DNA of 63,605 nt, the filler included, from Candidatus Eiseniibacteriota bacterium (lineage in GTDB: Bacteria; Orphanbacterota; Orphanbacteria; Orphanbacterales; Orphanbacteraceae), in the NCBI GenBank assembly GCA_043809585.1. It is 6 parts of 6 records of this genome, joined end to end, with 100 filler letters (N's around TTAATTAATTAA, not from the genome) between each part and the next. Parts side by side here need not be neighbours in the genome. Positions count along the whole stretch, not along the records: positions 39,551 to 61,482 come from JBDROZ010000031.1; 5 more parts are not named here. One strand, given 5' to 3'. Below, piece after piece: positions 49,889 to 58,793 of the stretch (position 1 is its first letter; the number at the start of each line of letters is the position of its first letter). Under the pieces are notes generated by a model. That model did no database searches. It was not told the origin of the DNA and saw only the letters and a list, made by a program, of their open reading frames with translations. Made by a program: the position numbers and the translations under genes.

Positions 49889-51448
49889 GAACTGGCTGAC
49901 CAGCTTCAGCTCCACGCCCTGCAATTCCGGAACCTGCTGGCAGACGCCGCCGACGCAGATGGTCCCTTCCTGGCGCTTACCCACCGTAAGGGTAAAGTGC
50001 TGGGTCTGATTGAAGAACCAGTCGATCTGGCCGTAGAGGAAGTCGTCCTTCTTCTCGCGGCAGGTCCCTTCCGACTCGTCGCAGTAGTCGGCGTGTTCCG
50101 CCACGAGTGAGAAGCCGAGGTCTTGATCCACGTGGTATTCGAGCAACCCGAAGTGGGTTCGGTTCAGCCCGGCTTGGGTCGTGCTCTCCTGGTACTGGTA
50201 CTCGCTCCGGAGGCTCCAATCGTCCCCCGAGAAATACTCGAACTCCACGATCGGGGTGTGGTTCCTAGATGAGTCCCTCCGAACGTCGGTGTAGTCGTAA
50301 ACCAGAGCGATCGCGTATCTCTCGCCAATGTACTGCCGCCACTCGGCATACCACTCCGCGAAACTATGCTCGCCGTTCTGTAATTCAGACTTGGTCCGAT
50401 TGAGAGTAATCGTCGTCCCCTCGATGGGGGGCGAGATGACGCCCTCGACCTGGTATCCCTTTTCGTCGTCCATGTCGAGCTGGTGGGCATGGCGGGTGAT
50501 GAGCGTGTATCCCGTCTCCCGGGCCACGGCGGGGGCCAGGTTATAATCGGTCTCCGTCCCCCACGGTCTGAATCGAAACCGCCTGTAATCCTTGTATTCG
50601 GCGGTGATCGCCACTCCGCTGAGGGGGAAAAGGTTGACGGCGGCGTAGTGCCCCCGGCCGCGTACGTCGTCATAACCCAACGTATCCTCTCCAACCGGCA
50701 CGCCGTTTTCGCGGATGACTCGAACGTCCTTCGATGTCAAAAACAACCGGTTGATGCGGCCGGCCTCGTAGTAGACATCGAAGAAATCGTGGGTGTAGGA
50801 GACGCGCCCCCCCAAGGCCTCGATGTGCCGGGGGCTGTGAATCGCGGCGCTTTGGTGCTGCGCTGGATCTTCCGTCGATTGCATCAGATAGCTACCGCCG
50901 GTCCGGAGCCCCCACCCGAGGTCCACACCAAGATCCGTTCCCCGAAGGACCGCGCTCCGCTCGTTCGTCTGGGCCTCCTGAATGCGCCCCGTCAGCGCCT
51001 TCATCTCGAGAGGGCCGACATTCCCCTGGAGCAGTACGCCGTCCATGTTCGTGTCGACGCCGATCGACCGCTCTTCATAGGAGCGGAAGAGAAGCCCCCG
51101 GCCGAAGATCCCGTAGAAGTTCCCCACCCGGAGGCCTCCGTAGGGGAACTCGACCGCCGCGAAATGCTGGGTGAAGCCCTGGCGGAGAGAGTCGGGTCCG
51201 CTCTGGAAGGGGGGAAGGAAGGCCTCGTACCGGAAGCCGACCAGAAAGCGCCGGAACCGTATGTCCGCCTCCAGGTAGTCCTCGAAGATCTCCTCCGGGT
51301 CGGTGGGCACCCGGTCCGGGTCACTGTTGAACGAGTACTGCATCTCGTTCAGCCCTTGAACGAAAACGGACTCTTCGGCGAACGCGGGAAGAGCCGCGAG
51401 GAGCGTGACGAGCGCGAGCGACAGCGACAGGGCGACGTGAGAACGCAC
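49886..51448 (-). CDS. DUF6029-like outer-membrane beta-barrel protein
   Basis: Signal peptide, GNFYGIFGRGLLFRSYEE...D...DG, EYKDY, C-terminal GKRQEGTICVGGVCQQVP...SQF. Confidence 0.75.
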   Translation of the reverse strand: MRSHVALSLSLALVTLLAALPAFAEESVFVQGLNEMQYSFNSDPDRVPTDPEEIFEDYLEADIRFRRFLVGFRYEAFLPPFQSGPDSLRQGFTQHFAAVEFPYGGLRVGNFYGIFGRGLLFRSYEERSIGVDTNMDGVLLQGNVGPLEMKALTGRIQEAQTNERSAVLRGTDLGVDLGWGLRTGGSYLMQSTEDPAQHQSAAIHSPRHIEALGGRVSYTHDFFDVYYEAGRINRLFLTSKDVRVIRENGVPVGEDTLGYDDVRGRGHYAAVNLFPLSGVAITAEYKDYRRFRFRPWGTETDYNLAPAVARETGYTLITRHAHQLDMDDEKGYQVEGVISPPIEGTTITLNRTKSELQNGEHSFAEWYAEWRQYIGERYAIALVYDYTDVRRDSSRNHTPIVEFEYFSGDDWSLRSEYQYQESTTQAGLNRTHFGLLEYHVDQDLGFSLVAEHADYCDESEGTCREKKDDFLYGQIDWFFNQTQHFTLTVGKRQEGTICVGGVCQQVPELQGVELKLVSQF

Positions 51449-51451
51449 GCT

Positions 51452-52000
51452 TTATCCTTCTTCGGACCCCACGGCCCTGGACGGGCCGGCGAGGATCTTG
51501 TCGATCTCCTCGATCACGATCTTCTCGTGGCCCGGCGAGTAGCCGAGCTTGGAGAAAGCGATGGTGTGATCCATGTCCACGAGGAAGAGCTGCGGAATGC
51601 TCCGGAACCTGTAGAGCCGCATCATGTCGCTGTTCGGGTCGAGCAACACCTCGAAGGAGAACTTCTTGCTCTTCACGTAAGAGCGTACTTTGGCGGTGGA
51701 GCGGGGCGAGTCGGTGTTCACCGTGAGCACCGTGACGCCCTTGTCGGCGTACTCCTTCGAGATCTCGTCGGTGCCCGGAAGGGCGTGTAGGCACGGTTTG
51801 CACCAGAGGGCCCAGAAGTCGATCAGCACGGGGCCTTCTTTCAGTACGTCGTAAAGGTTGACCGTCTTCCCCTCCATGTTCTTGAGCGTGAAGTCGGGGG
51901 CGACGCTACCCACGGCGACTCCCGGCCCCGATCCGGCGAACGCGGCGCCGGCGAGGAAAAGAGCCGCCCATACCGGGGCGATGTGAATCAGTCGCTTCAT
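51452..52000 (-). CDS. TlpA/ResA-like thiol-disulfide oxidoreductase, exported
   Basis: APDFTL, IDFWALWCKPC, IPQLFLVD; signal peptide. Confidence 0.92.
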   Translation of the reverse strand: MKRLIHIAPVWAALFLAGAAFAGSGPGVAVGSVAPDFTLKNMEGKTVNLYDVLKEGPVLIDFWALWCKPCLHALPGTDEISKEYADKGVTVLTVNTDSPRSTAKVRSYVKSKKFSFEVLLDPNSDMMRLYRFRSIPQLFLVDMDHTIAFSKLGYSPGHEKIVIEEIDKILAGPSRAVGSEEG

Positions 52001-52134
52001 CGATCGGAACTCCTTACGCCCGGCCCATCACCGGGTGGCCTTTCGTGAACGGGGCGGCTCCGGCGTCCGGAACCGCCCTCACATTCTACCGCGAGGCCGA
52101 GGGGCATGCAACACAAGGGGCTTCGAGACCGCTC

Positions 52135-53502
52135 CTACCGGAGAAGCGTCAACTTTCGTGTCTCCACGCGGTCACCGGCGGTCATCCGGGCGAAGTAGAC
52201 GCCGCTCCGCACCGGTGCCCCCGAACCGTTCGTGCCGTTCCACACGAGGGAAGTCTCGCCCGCGGCCACCGGGCCGTCGAGCAGGGTCGCGACGGACCGT
52301 CCGCTCCCGTCGAAGATCTCCACTTTCGCCCGGGCCGGCTCGGGCAAGACGAGGGAGAAGGTGGTGGTCGGGTTGAACGGGTTCGGGCGGTTCGGGCCGA
52401 GGGCGGGACGGACGGGCGCTCGGCCGTCCCCCCCCGCCACGCCGACGGTGGCGTCGAAGAAGGCGAGGGTGTTGTCGATGATCGCCTGGCGCGTGGCGAG
52501 ATTGCTGATCCCCTCGAGACCGAAGGCGAGGTAGACCGTGCGGCGGGCGCCGGCGTTCGTGTGGACCCCGGCCGCGTAGGAAGTGTTGTCGTAGGTGAAG
52601 GCGACGTTCCCCGAACCGCTCGCGGCGATGCCGTCGGGAGTCCACTGGTTCCCCGCGCCTCCGGCGATGGAGAAGGAGAGGCCGTCGCCGATCGGGTCCC
52701 GGGGGTCACCGGAGATGTCCGTGGAGCCGCTGTTGTTGACCTGGTACGACACGCCGAGATAATCGGCGAGAAAATCGCAGCCCGCGCTCGAGTAGTCGGC
52801 GCTCCCCGGATCGCACAGGTTGTACGCCGTCTGCTGCGACGAGAGGAGGAGCTTTCCGCCGTTGTCGAGGAACGCGGTCAGGAGCGTGATGTCGACGGGC
52901 TCCAGGGTCGGCACGTCCCCGCCGGTGAACCAGATCGCCCGGCCGATATTGTTCATGAACGTGCCGGAGACGGCCTCCTCCCGCCGGGGCCACCGGCCCC
53001 AATCCATGCCGCTCGGGAGGGCGTCGGTGAAGTAGGTTTGATGCGAAACCCCCCCATCGTCGTCCACCAGGAGCAGATCGATGCCGTTGGTGATCGCCGC
53101 CAGGTGCCAGCTCGCGACCTCTCCGGGGGCGCTCATCGGGTAGACCGTGAGGAGGACGTCGGCGCTCCCCTCGAGCAGGTATGTGCTGATCCACGCCTCG
53201 ACGGTGTCCACGTCTCCCGCGGCCACGGTCACCGTGTCCTCGTTGATGAAGGGGGCGAGGCAGAGGCCGTTCACGCAAATGGACGCGGTCCATTCCCAGG
53301 TGACGCCGGGCGGAAACTCCTCGGACTTGCCGATGAAGAACTCCACGGGGGTCGCCTCGTTGTTCTCGAGCAGGCAGAGAATCTTGAACAGAGTCCCCAA
53401 CGGTCCGGTCTGCACGGGGTCGCTGCAGGTGAAGTCGTAGTCCACGGCGAACGCCGCCGCGGGAACCAGGATCGCCATCGCCACGGTAATCCAACGCATC
53501 AT
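52135..53502 (-). CDS. Secreted protein with FlgD-Ig C-terminal domain and ICVNGLC motif
   Basis: Signal peptide, WTASICVNGLC, LLLVDDDGG...IWFTG domain, NRPNPFNP...SGVYFARM...KLTLLR. Confidence 0.85.
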   Translation of the reverse strand: MMRWITVAMAILVPAAAFAVDYDFTCSDPVQTGPLGTLFKILCLLENNEATPVEFFIGKSEEFPPGVTWEWTASICVNGLCLAPFINEDTVTVAAGDVDTVEAWISTYLLEGSADVLLTVYPMSAPGEVASWHLAAITNGIDLLLVDDDGGVSHQTYFTDALPSGMDWGRWPRREEAVSGTFMNNIGRAIWFTGGDVPTLEPVDITLLTAFLDNGGKLLLSSQQTAYNLCDPGSADYSSAGCDFLADYLGVSYQVNNSGSTDISGDPRDPIGDGLSFSIAGGAGNQWTPDGIAASGSGNVAFTYDNTSYAAGVHTNAGARRTVYLAFGLEGISNLATRQAIIDNTLAFFDATVGVAGGDGRAPVRPALGPNRPNPFNPTTTFSLVLPEPARAKVEIFDGSGRSVATLLDGPVAAGETSLVWNGTNGSGAPVRSGVYFARMTAGDRVETRKLTLLR

Positions 53503-53538
53503 GTTCCTTCCTGCCTTCCTCGATATGCGTCTAAACCC

Positions 53539-55008
53539 CTAGCGGGTGCTGCCCGCCTGATACACCTTTCTCGTGGAGGGGGACTCGACGAACGCGACCG
53601 CCTCCAAATTGCCCGTGTTCCACTGCCCCGACACCGCGGCGGCGAATCGGAAGGACTCGCTCTCGCCGACGAGGAGGGAGAGGTCCCGCCCCCCGGTTCC
53701 GGGGAGATACCGCCGGAGAATATCGTCGAAATGAGTCAAACCGTTCGTCGCGTCGTACTCGATGCCGGTCTCGATGATGGCCACCACGAGGACCTCGTCC
53801 CCCTCGGCCGTGTCGGCGAGCTTCTTGACAGTCCCGCTCGCCACGATCGAGTCCCCCTGGAGGGCGGTGCTCACGTCGACCGTGAAGAAGGGCACGGCGC
53901 CCATCGCGGCCTCCACCGCGGCGAGAAGCCCGTCGTACTCCTCCGGCGCCATGAATCGGACCCCGTTGATGAAGACCTGGGGAAGAGCGGCGACTCCGAA
54001 CTGGCCCCGCCGCTCGTTCATCTGCGCGGGATTATCGAGATAGAACGGGTCGGCCGGCGTGGGCCAGTTGAGATGATTGGCCACGCTCACGGCCTTGTCG
54101 AATCCGAGCCGGAAGAAGAGGAGTTCCAGGTTCTCTTCTACCTCCACGCACGGATCGCAGGCGGTGTTGGAGAAGTGCTCGATGTAGACGAGGCGGGAGG
54201 GAGGCGGAGGCGGCTCGAGAGTGAACTGAACTTCGATCAGTGCACCGGCGGCTACCACGGCGACGATCGAATCGGGCGACGAAATGTACCCGTCGAGAGC
54301 CACCCGAACGACGTACTCCCCTTCATCCACAGAGAGGGTATCCGGCGTCGTCCGTCCGGTTTCCAAACCGTCAAGAAATATGGCCGCACCGGGCGGATTC
54401 GAGAATACAGCGATCTCCCCCGTTTCCGTCGGTGTCAAGACGAAGCTCGCTTCTGCAACCCCCTCAGCCAAGACGGTTACGAGAGTTGACTGGGGCGACG
54501 ATTCAAACCCAGACAGCATGACCCGAATCTCATGATCTCCGACACAAACATCGGTGAGTGTGTCCGGAGTCACCTGTCCCGTTTCAACGCCATCGAGAAG
54601 GATGGAGGCCCCGGTAGGCTCAGAAATCACCTCAACGGAGCCTCGCGGAAGTGCGGTGAGCGTGAAGACCGCCTGCGAAAGGCTACCCTCTGCGACCGTG
54701 ATCGTGTCGACCTCGGGAATCCTATCGTGGCATTCCAGGACGACCCAAACCTCGTGGGTCCCTACGGAAACGTCGCCCAGCGTATCCGGTGTGGTGAGTC
54801 CCTTATCGACGCCATCCAAAAAAATGGCCGCGCCGGGGGGCGCGGACGTCACCTCGATCGATCCCTTCGGGTTGGCGGAGCCGTTCCCCGGCTCCGACGG
54901 ACTATTACACTTCGCGCCGCACCCACCGATCGACGGAAGCCAAATGAGCGCGACCACGAGACCCGGACACAAATACGCGACGGCCCCAAGGCCCCGTCGA
55001 GCGAACAT
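53539..55008 (-). CDS. Probable lipoprotein with three PEGA domains and an Omp28-like thioredoxin-fold domain
   Basis: Three GxIxVxSxPxGAxIxLDG...TPDTL repeats; IEHFSNTACDPC, HLNWP..DPFY, LPQVFING, LEAVAFVE. Confidence 0.85.
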   Translation of the reverse strand: MFARRGLGAVAYLCPGLVVALIWLPSIGGCGAKCNSPSEPGNGSANPKGSIEVTSAPPGAAIFLDGVDKGLTTPDTLGDVSVGTHEVWVVLECHDRIPEVDTITVAEGSLSQAVFTLTALPRGSVEVISEPTGASILLDGVETGQVTPDTLTDVCVGDHEIRVMLSGFESSPQSTLVTVLAEGVAEASFVLTPTETGEIAVFSNPPGAAIFLDGLETGRTTPDTLSVDEGEYVVRVALDGYISSPDSIVAVVAAGALIEVQFTLEPPPPPSRLVYIEHFSNTACDPCVEVEENLELLFFRLGFDKAVSVANHLNWPTPADPFYLDNPAQMNERRGQFGVAALPQVFINGVRFMAPEEYDGLLAAVEAAMGAVPFFTVDVSTALQGDSIVASGTVKKLADTAEGDEVLVVAIIETGIEYDATNGLTHFDDILRRYLPGTGGRDLSLLVGESESFRFAAAVSGQWNTGNLEAVAFVESPSTRKVYQAGSTR

Positions 55009-55167
55009 ATCGGATCTCCTTAGCAGCTGCGTGGGAGAACGAACTTGTTGATCCAGGTTAAGATCTTACCAAATCAACCCCGCGTTGTCAACCCATAATC
55101 GCCTGAAAAAATTGAAGTTAGGAGCATTCTCCCCCGAAGCGGGGGCCGGAGGGAAATCGCCCCCGGC

Positions 55168-56337
55168 TTATCTCCCAAGAGATTGTAGCAGTTCGAGATA
55201 GCGGCGGCTCTCCCCTTCCCATCGGTGGCGCTCGTAGACCCGGATCCCCTTCTCCATCACCGACCGGGTCTTTTCCGGGTGGTCGTGGACCTCCCGGATC
55301 GCCCGGGCGAGGTCTCGTTCGTCGTCCGGCTCGAAGTAGAGGAGCTCTTCATCGGAGTAGTAGTCGAGCACGCCGGGGAGGCGGGAGGCGATCACGGGGC
55401 GGCCCATGCGCAGATATTCGAAGATGCGGGTCGGCAGATTCCTCTCGGTGAAGACGTTTCTCCGGTTCGGCACGAGCCCGAGATCGGCGGCTTCGATGTG
55501 GGACGGGATTTCGGCGAGGGGGCGGTGGCCGAGGAACCGAACCCGGTCGTCGATCCCGAGTTCCCGGGCGAGACGGGCGAACTCCTCCGCGCCGTCGCCG
55601 TCGCCGATCGCGTCCAGCAGGGCGCCGGGGATCTCGTCCTTCAGGAGCGCCAGGGCGCGGAGGGCCACGTCGAGTCCGCTCCGGTGGACGAGGGTCCCGT
55701 GATAGATCAGCCGGAACGAATCGTCCTCCCGGAAGCGCGGCGGCCGTCTCTCGGGAAAGATCTTCTCGTCCGGCGAGTTCAGGACCAGGTGGATCTTCGA
55801 CCCTTCGATGCCCCGTTCGATCAGAGTGCGGCGGAACGCCTCGGAGGTGGTGATCGCGGCGTCGGCCCGGGCGATGGAGAACGACTCGACCCGGGTGAGG
55901 GCGCGGATCAGCTTCGATTCGTCGGAGAGGCCGTACTTGGCGATGTACACCTCGGGGACGAGGTCGTGGAGGTCGAGCACGACCCGCGCGCCCCGCAGGC
56001 GATGGAAGAGGCCGCAGAGGACGAGGAGGTCCGGCATGTTGTGGGCCTGGAAAACGTCGTAGCGGCGGCGCATCGCGAGGGCGGTCGCGAGAATGAAGGC
56101 GAGCAGGAGGAAGGACCCGTATTCGAAGAGATACCGGGCGGCCCCCCCCCGCTTCCGGCGGATCGGGAGCCGCAAATAGCGGACGCCGCCGACCGTCTCC
56201 TCCCGGGCCTCCCCTTCGTTCCGGAGGCAGATGACGTCGACCCGGGCGCCCGCGGCGGCGAGCGCCTCCGCCTCGCGACGGACCCGAGGATCGTCGGGGC
56301 AGTAGGAGTGGACCACCATGCAGGCCGAGGAGATCAT
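55168..56337 (-). CDS. Glycosyltransferase family 4
   Basis: DPRVRREAEAL, HNMPD, DLHDLVPE, PTRIFEYLRMGRPVIAS. Confidence 0.92.
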   Translation of the reverse strand: MISSACMVVHSYCPDDPRVRREAEALAAAGARVDVICLRNEGEAREETVGGVRYLRLPIRRKRGGAARYLFEYGSFLLLAFILATALAMRRRYDVFQAHNMPDLLVLCGLFHRLRGARVVLDLHDLVPEVYIAKYGLSDESKLIRALTRVESFSIARADAAITTSEAFRRTLIERGIEGSKIHLVLNSPDEKIFPERRPPRFREDDSFRLIYHGTLVHRSGLDVALRALALLKDEIPGALLDAIGDGDGAEEFARLARELGIDDRVRFLGHRPLAEIPSHIEAADLGLVPNRRNVFTERNLPTRIFEYLRMGRPVIASRLPGVLDYYSDEELLYFEPDDERDLARAIREVHDHPEKTRSVMEKGIRVYERHRWEGESRRYLELLQSLGR

Positions 56338-56338
56338 C

Positions 56339-58063
56339 TCATGAGGCCGATTTCGGCTTCCGGATCAGGTAATCCGCCACGGCCAGGTTTTCGAGGCCCG
56401 AGCGCTCGAGCACGTCGATCGCGTCGGCCGCGCTCGACACGATGGGGAAGCCGTGAAGATTGAACGACGTATTCAGGACCACGGCCCGGCCTGTCCGCTC
56501 CGCGAAGCGGGAGATGACCCGGTGGAAGCCGGGGTTTTGCCCCTCGTGGACGAACTGGGGCCGCGCGCTCCGGTCGTAGGGCTGCACCCCCGCCGGGAAC
56601 TCGACGACTTTCTCCGTGGAGTCGAAGGTCATGATCATGTAGGGGGCGTCCATCTTCTTCGGGTTGACGACGTACTCGTCGCTCCGCTCTGCGAGCATGG
56701 CCGGCGCGAAGGGCATCCAGAAGTCACGGTTCTTGATCATGTCGTTGATGATGCGGACCACGTCGCCGCTCGTCGGGTCGGCAAGGATCGAGCGGTTGCC
56801 GAGGGCCCGGGCGCCGAACTCCATCGGGCCGCAGGCGCGGGCCACCACCTCGCCGTCGGCGAGCATGTCCCCCACCTTCGTGTCGAGATCGGCCGGCTTC
56901 TCCACTTCGTACCCCTTCGACTCGAGAGTGGAGCGCATCGCCTCCACGTCCTTGTTCTTCGTCTCCGGGCCCCAGTAAACCGAGCCGAGGGCCGGGATCT
57001 CGAAGGGCGACCCCTTCTTCGTCATCTCCTCTTCGTAAACACGGAAGGCGGCGCCGATGCAGTTCATTTCGTCTCCACAAGAGGGGAAGACGAAGAGGCC
57101 GTCCACCTCGGGCATCTCGTAGATGCGCTTGTTCGCCTTCACGTTCATGAAGACGCCCCCGCCGAGGGCGAGGTGATGGACTCCGGTCTCGCGCACGGCG
57201 TTCGCCGCCCACGTGGCGAGGTGCTCCTCCGTCCATTGCTGCAGGCCGGCGGCGATCCAGTCGAAACGCTGCCGCGCGACCAGGTTCTTGAAGAACTCGT
57301 AGCTGTAGTACGTGTGGGGGATGCCCGGCTCCCTCTCCCACGTCAGGCCGTTGCCGACGAAGTGAAACAGGTTCTTGAACTTGCCGTAGCTGATCTTGGC
57401 GCCCGACTCGGGCGCGTAGGGGGCCATTCCCATCAGCTTGTACTCGTGCTCGTTCGGCACCATGCCCATGACGAAGGTGATCTTCGCGTAGATGGAGCCG
57501 AGAGAGTGGGAGTCGTCGATCGTGGCGATCGGGTCGCCGAGGCGGCCCTTCTCGCCGATCCGCACGCTCGCGCAGAGATCGTCCCCCATGCCGTCGCAGG
57601 TGAGGACGAGGACCTCGCGGTCTTTCCATGGCGCGCCGTGGAAGGCGGCGGCGGCGTGGGCGGTGTGATGGTCGATGAAGAGCGCGCGCTCCGCCGGGAG
57701 CCCCGCCTTCCGGATGTCGTCGAGGCGGTCCTCGCGGCGGCTCCGGCGATGGATGGCGGTGGCCGGGGTCTTCTTCATGATCTGCCGGAAGGCGTAGGAG
57801 AGGCTCTGAGAGGCGGCGTACTCCTCCAGCATCTCTTCCCGGGTTTTCGCGTAGGGGACGTGCTTCGAGTGCATCGCCACGAAGTCGATCTCGCCCGGAT
57901 CCGTGCCGGTCGACTCGAGGACCCACCGGATCGCGCCGGTCGGGAACGAGAACTGGTTCTTCGAGCGGGTGAGCCGCTCCTCCTGAAGGGCCGCGACGAC
58001 GACGCCGTCCTCGACGAGGCAAGCCGCCGCGTTGTGCCCGTCGTGAATTCCGAGAATCTTCAT
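56339..58063 (-). CDS. Carbamoyltransferase (NodU/CmcH family)
   Basis: MKILGI.DGHNAA, EERLTR.K, HHTAHAA, DGMGD, EYKLMGMAPY, GGVFMNVKAN, EFGARALGNRSILADP, LNTSFNLHG. Confidence 0.94.
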   Translation of the reverse strand: MKILGIHDGHNAAACLVEDGVVVAALQEERLTRSKNQFSFPTGAIRWVLESTGTDPGEIDFVAMHSKHVPYAKTREEMLEEYAASQSLSYAFRQIMKKTPATAIHRRSRREDRLDDIRKAGLPAERALFIDHHTAHAAAAFHGAPWKDREVLVLTCDGMGDDLCASVRIGEKGRLGDPIATIDDSHSLGSIYAKITFVMGMVPNEHEYKLMGMAPYAPESGAKISYGKFKNLFHFVGNGLTWEREPGIPHTYYSYEFFKNLVARQRFDWIAAGLQQWTEEHLATWAANAVRETGVHHLALGGGVFMNVKANKRIYEMPEVDGLFVFPSCGDEMNCIGAAFRVYEEEMTKKGSPFEIPALGSVYWGPETKNKDVEAMRSTLESKGYEVEKPADLDTKVGDMLADGEVVARACGPMEFGARALGNRSILADPTSGDVVRIINDMIKNRDFWMPFAPAMLAERSDEYVVNPKKMDAPYMIMTFDSTEKVVEFPAGVQPYDRSARPQFVHEGQNPGFHRVISRFAERTGRAVVLNTSFNLHGFPIVSSAADAIDVLERSGLENLAVADYLIRKPKSAS

Positions 58064-58195
58064 CGTCCTCTCCGCCTGGGTCCACCGTTTCCGTAGGGAC
58101 CGACCATGGTACCCCACCGCCGGGCGGGGCACAATCCCGCTACCGAAGTATCGGCGGGGCATGGAATTAGCTTAATGAAGGGTGGTGGGCGGGTC

Positions 58196-58351
58196 GGCGG
58201 TCCGGCTTCGGGAGGGATGGGGGCATAACCGGGGAGTTGTTGCGGTCTTTCGCGACGCCTCCTCTACGAGCCCGGAGAATGGGAGGGCTCTCTCCCGCCG
58301 TGCGACGAGCGTCCAAGTCTGCCCCTTCATCCCTCCCGAAGCCGGACCGCC
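58196..58351. repeat. Structured repeat family C, complete single copy
   Basis: 24-bp perfect terminal inverted repeat GGCGGTCCGGCTTCGGGAGGGATG, plus GGGGCA/TGCCCC, enclosing two internal stems. Confidence 0.9.
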
Positions 58352-58532
58352 GCCCCGCCTACGAGCGATGACACGGCGTCGAGGGAGATGCCCCTTCCCT
58401 CGAGCGCGGCACGAACCGAACGCGCGACCGGGCTTGTCCGCCGAAGCCGCAGGCGAAGGCGGATGGGCGGCCGCCTCTCCCTCCCTCCCTTCGCGGCTGT
58501 CCCAGGAATCATGAATGCAGGGGGGGATTGGC

Positions 58533-58676
58533 GGCGGCGCTTCCTAAACTCCGTCGCCGGTGCTTGGTGGCCGGGGCGCCGCCCGTCCCTCGCGAGCGTT
58601 TGCCCAGCGGAAGCGGGCTTCCCCAGCGAGCGACGGGACGGACAAGCCCCGTAGCCGGATCCAAGCATCCGGCGAC
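58533..58676. repeat. Structured repeat family D, copy 2
   Basis: Reverse complement of 35627-35770. Confidence 0.88.
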
Positions 58677-58793
58677 CCGACAATGATGGGCGCCGCCGGA
58701 GTTCCCCTTCCCGTTTGACCTCCCTCCCCCAAGCCCGTATCATCTTCGGGACTATCGCGATACTCCAACCCCCCGGAATCGAGGAAAGACCAG

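Noticed and set aside
54240-55100. Horizontally acquired island based on visibly lower GC
   Set aside because: Impression only and not computed; no integrase, tRNA or att site, and the gene fits its operon.
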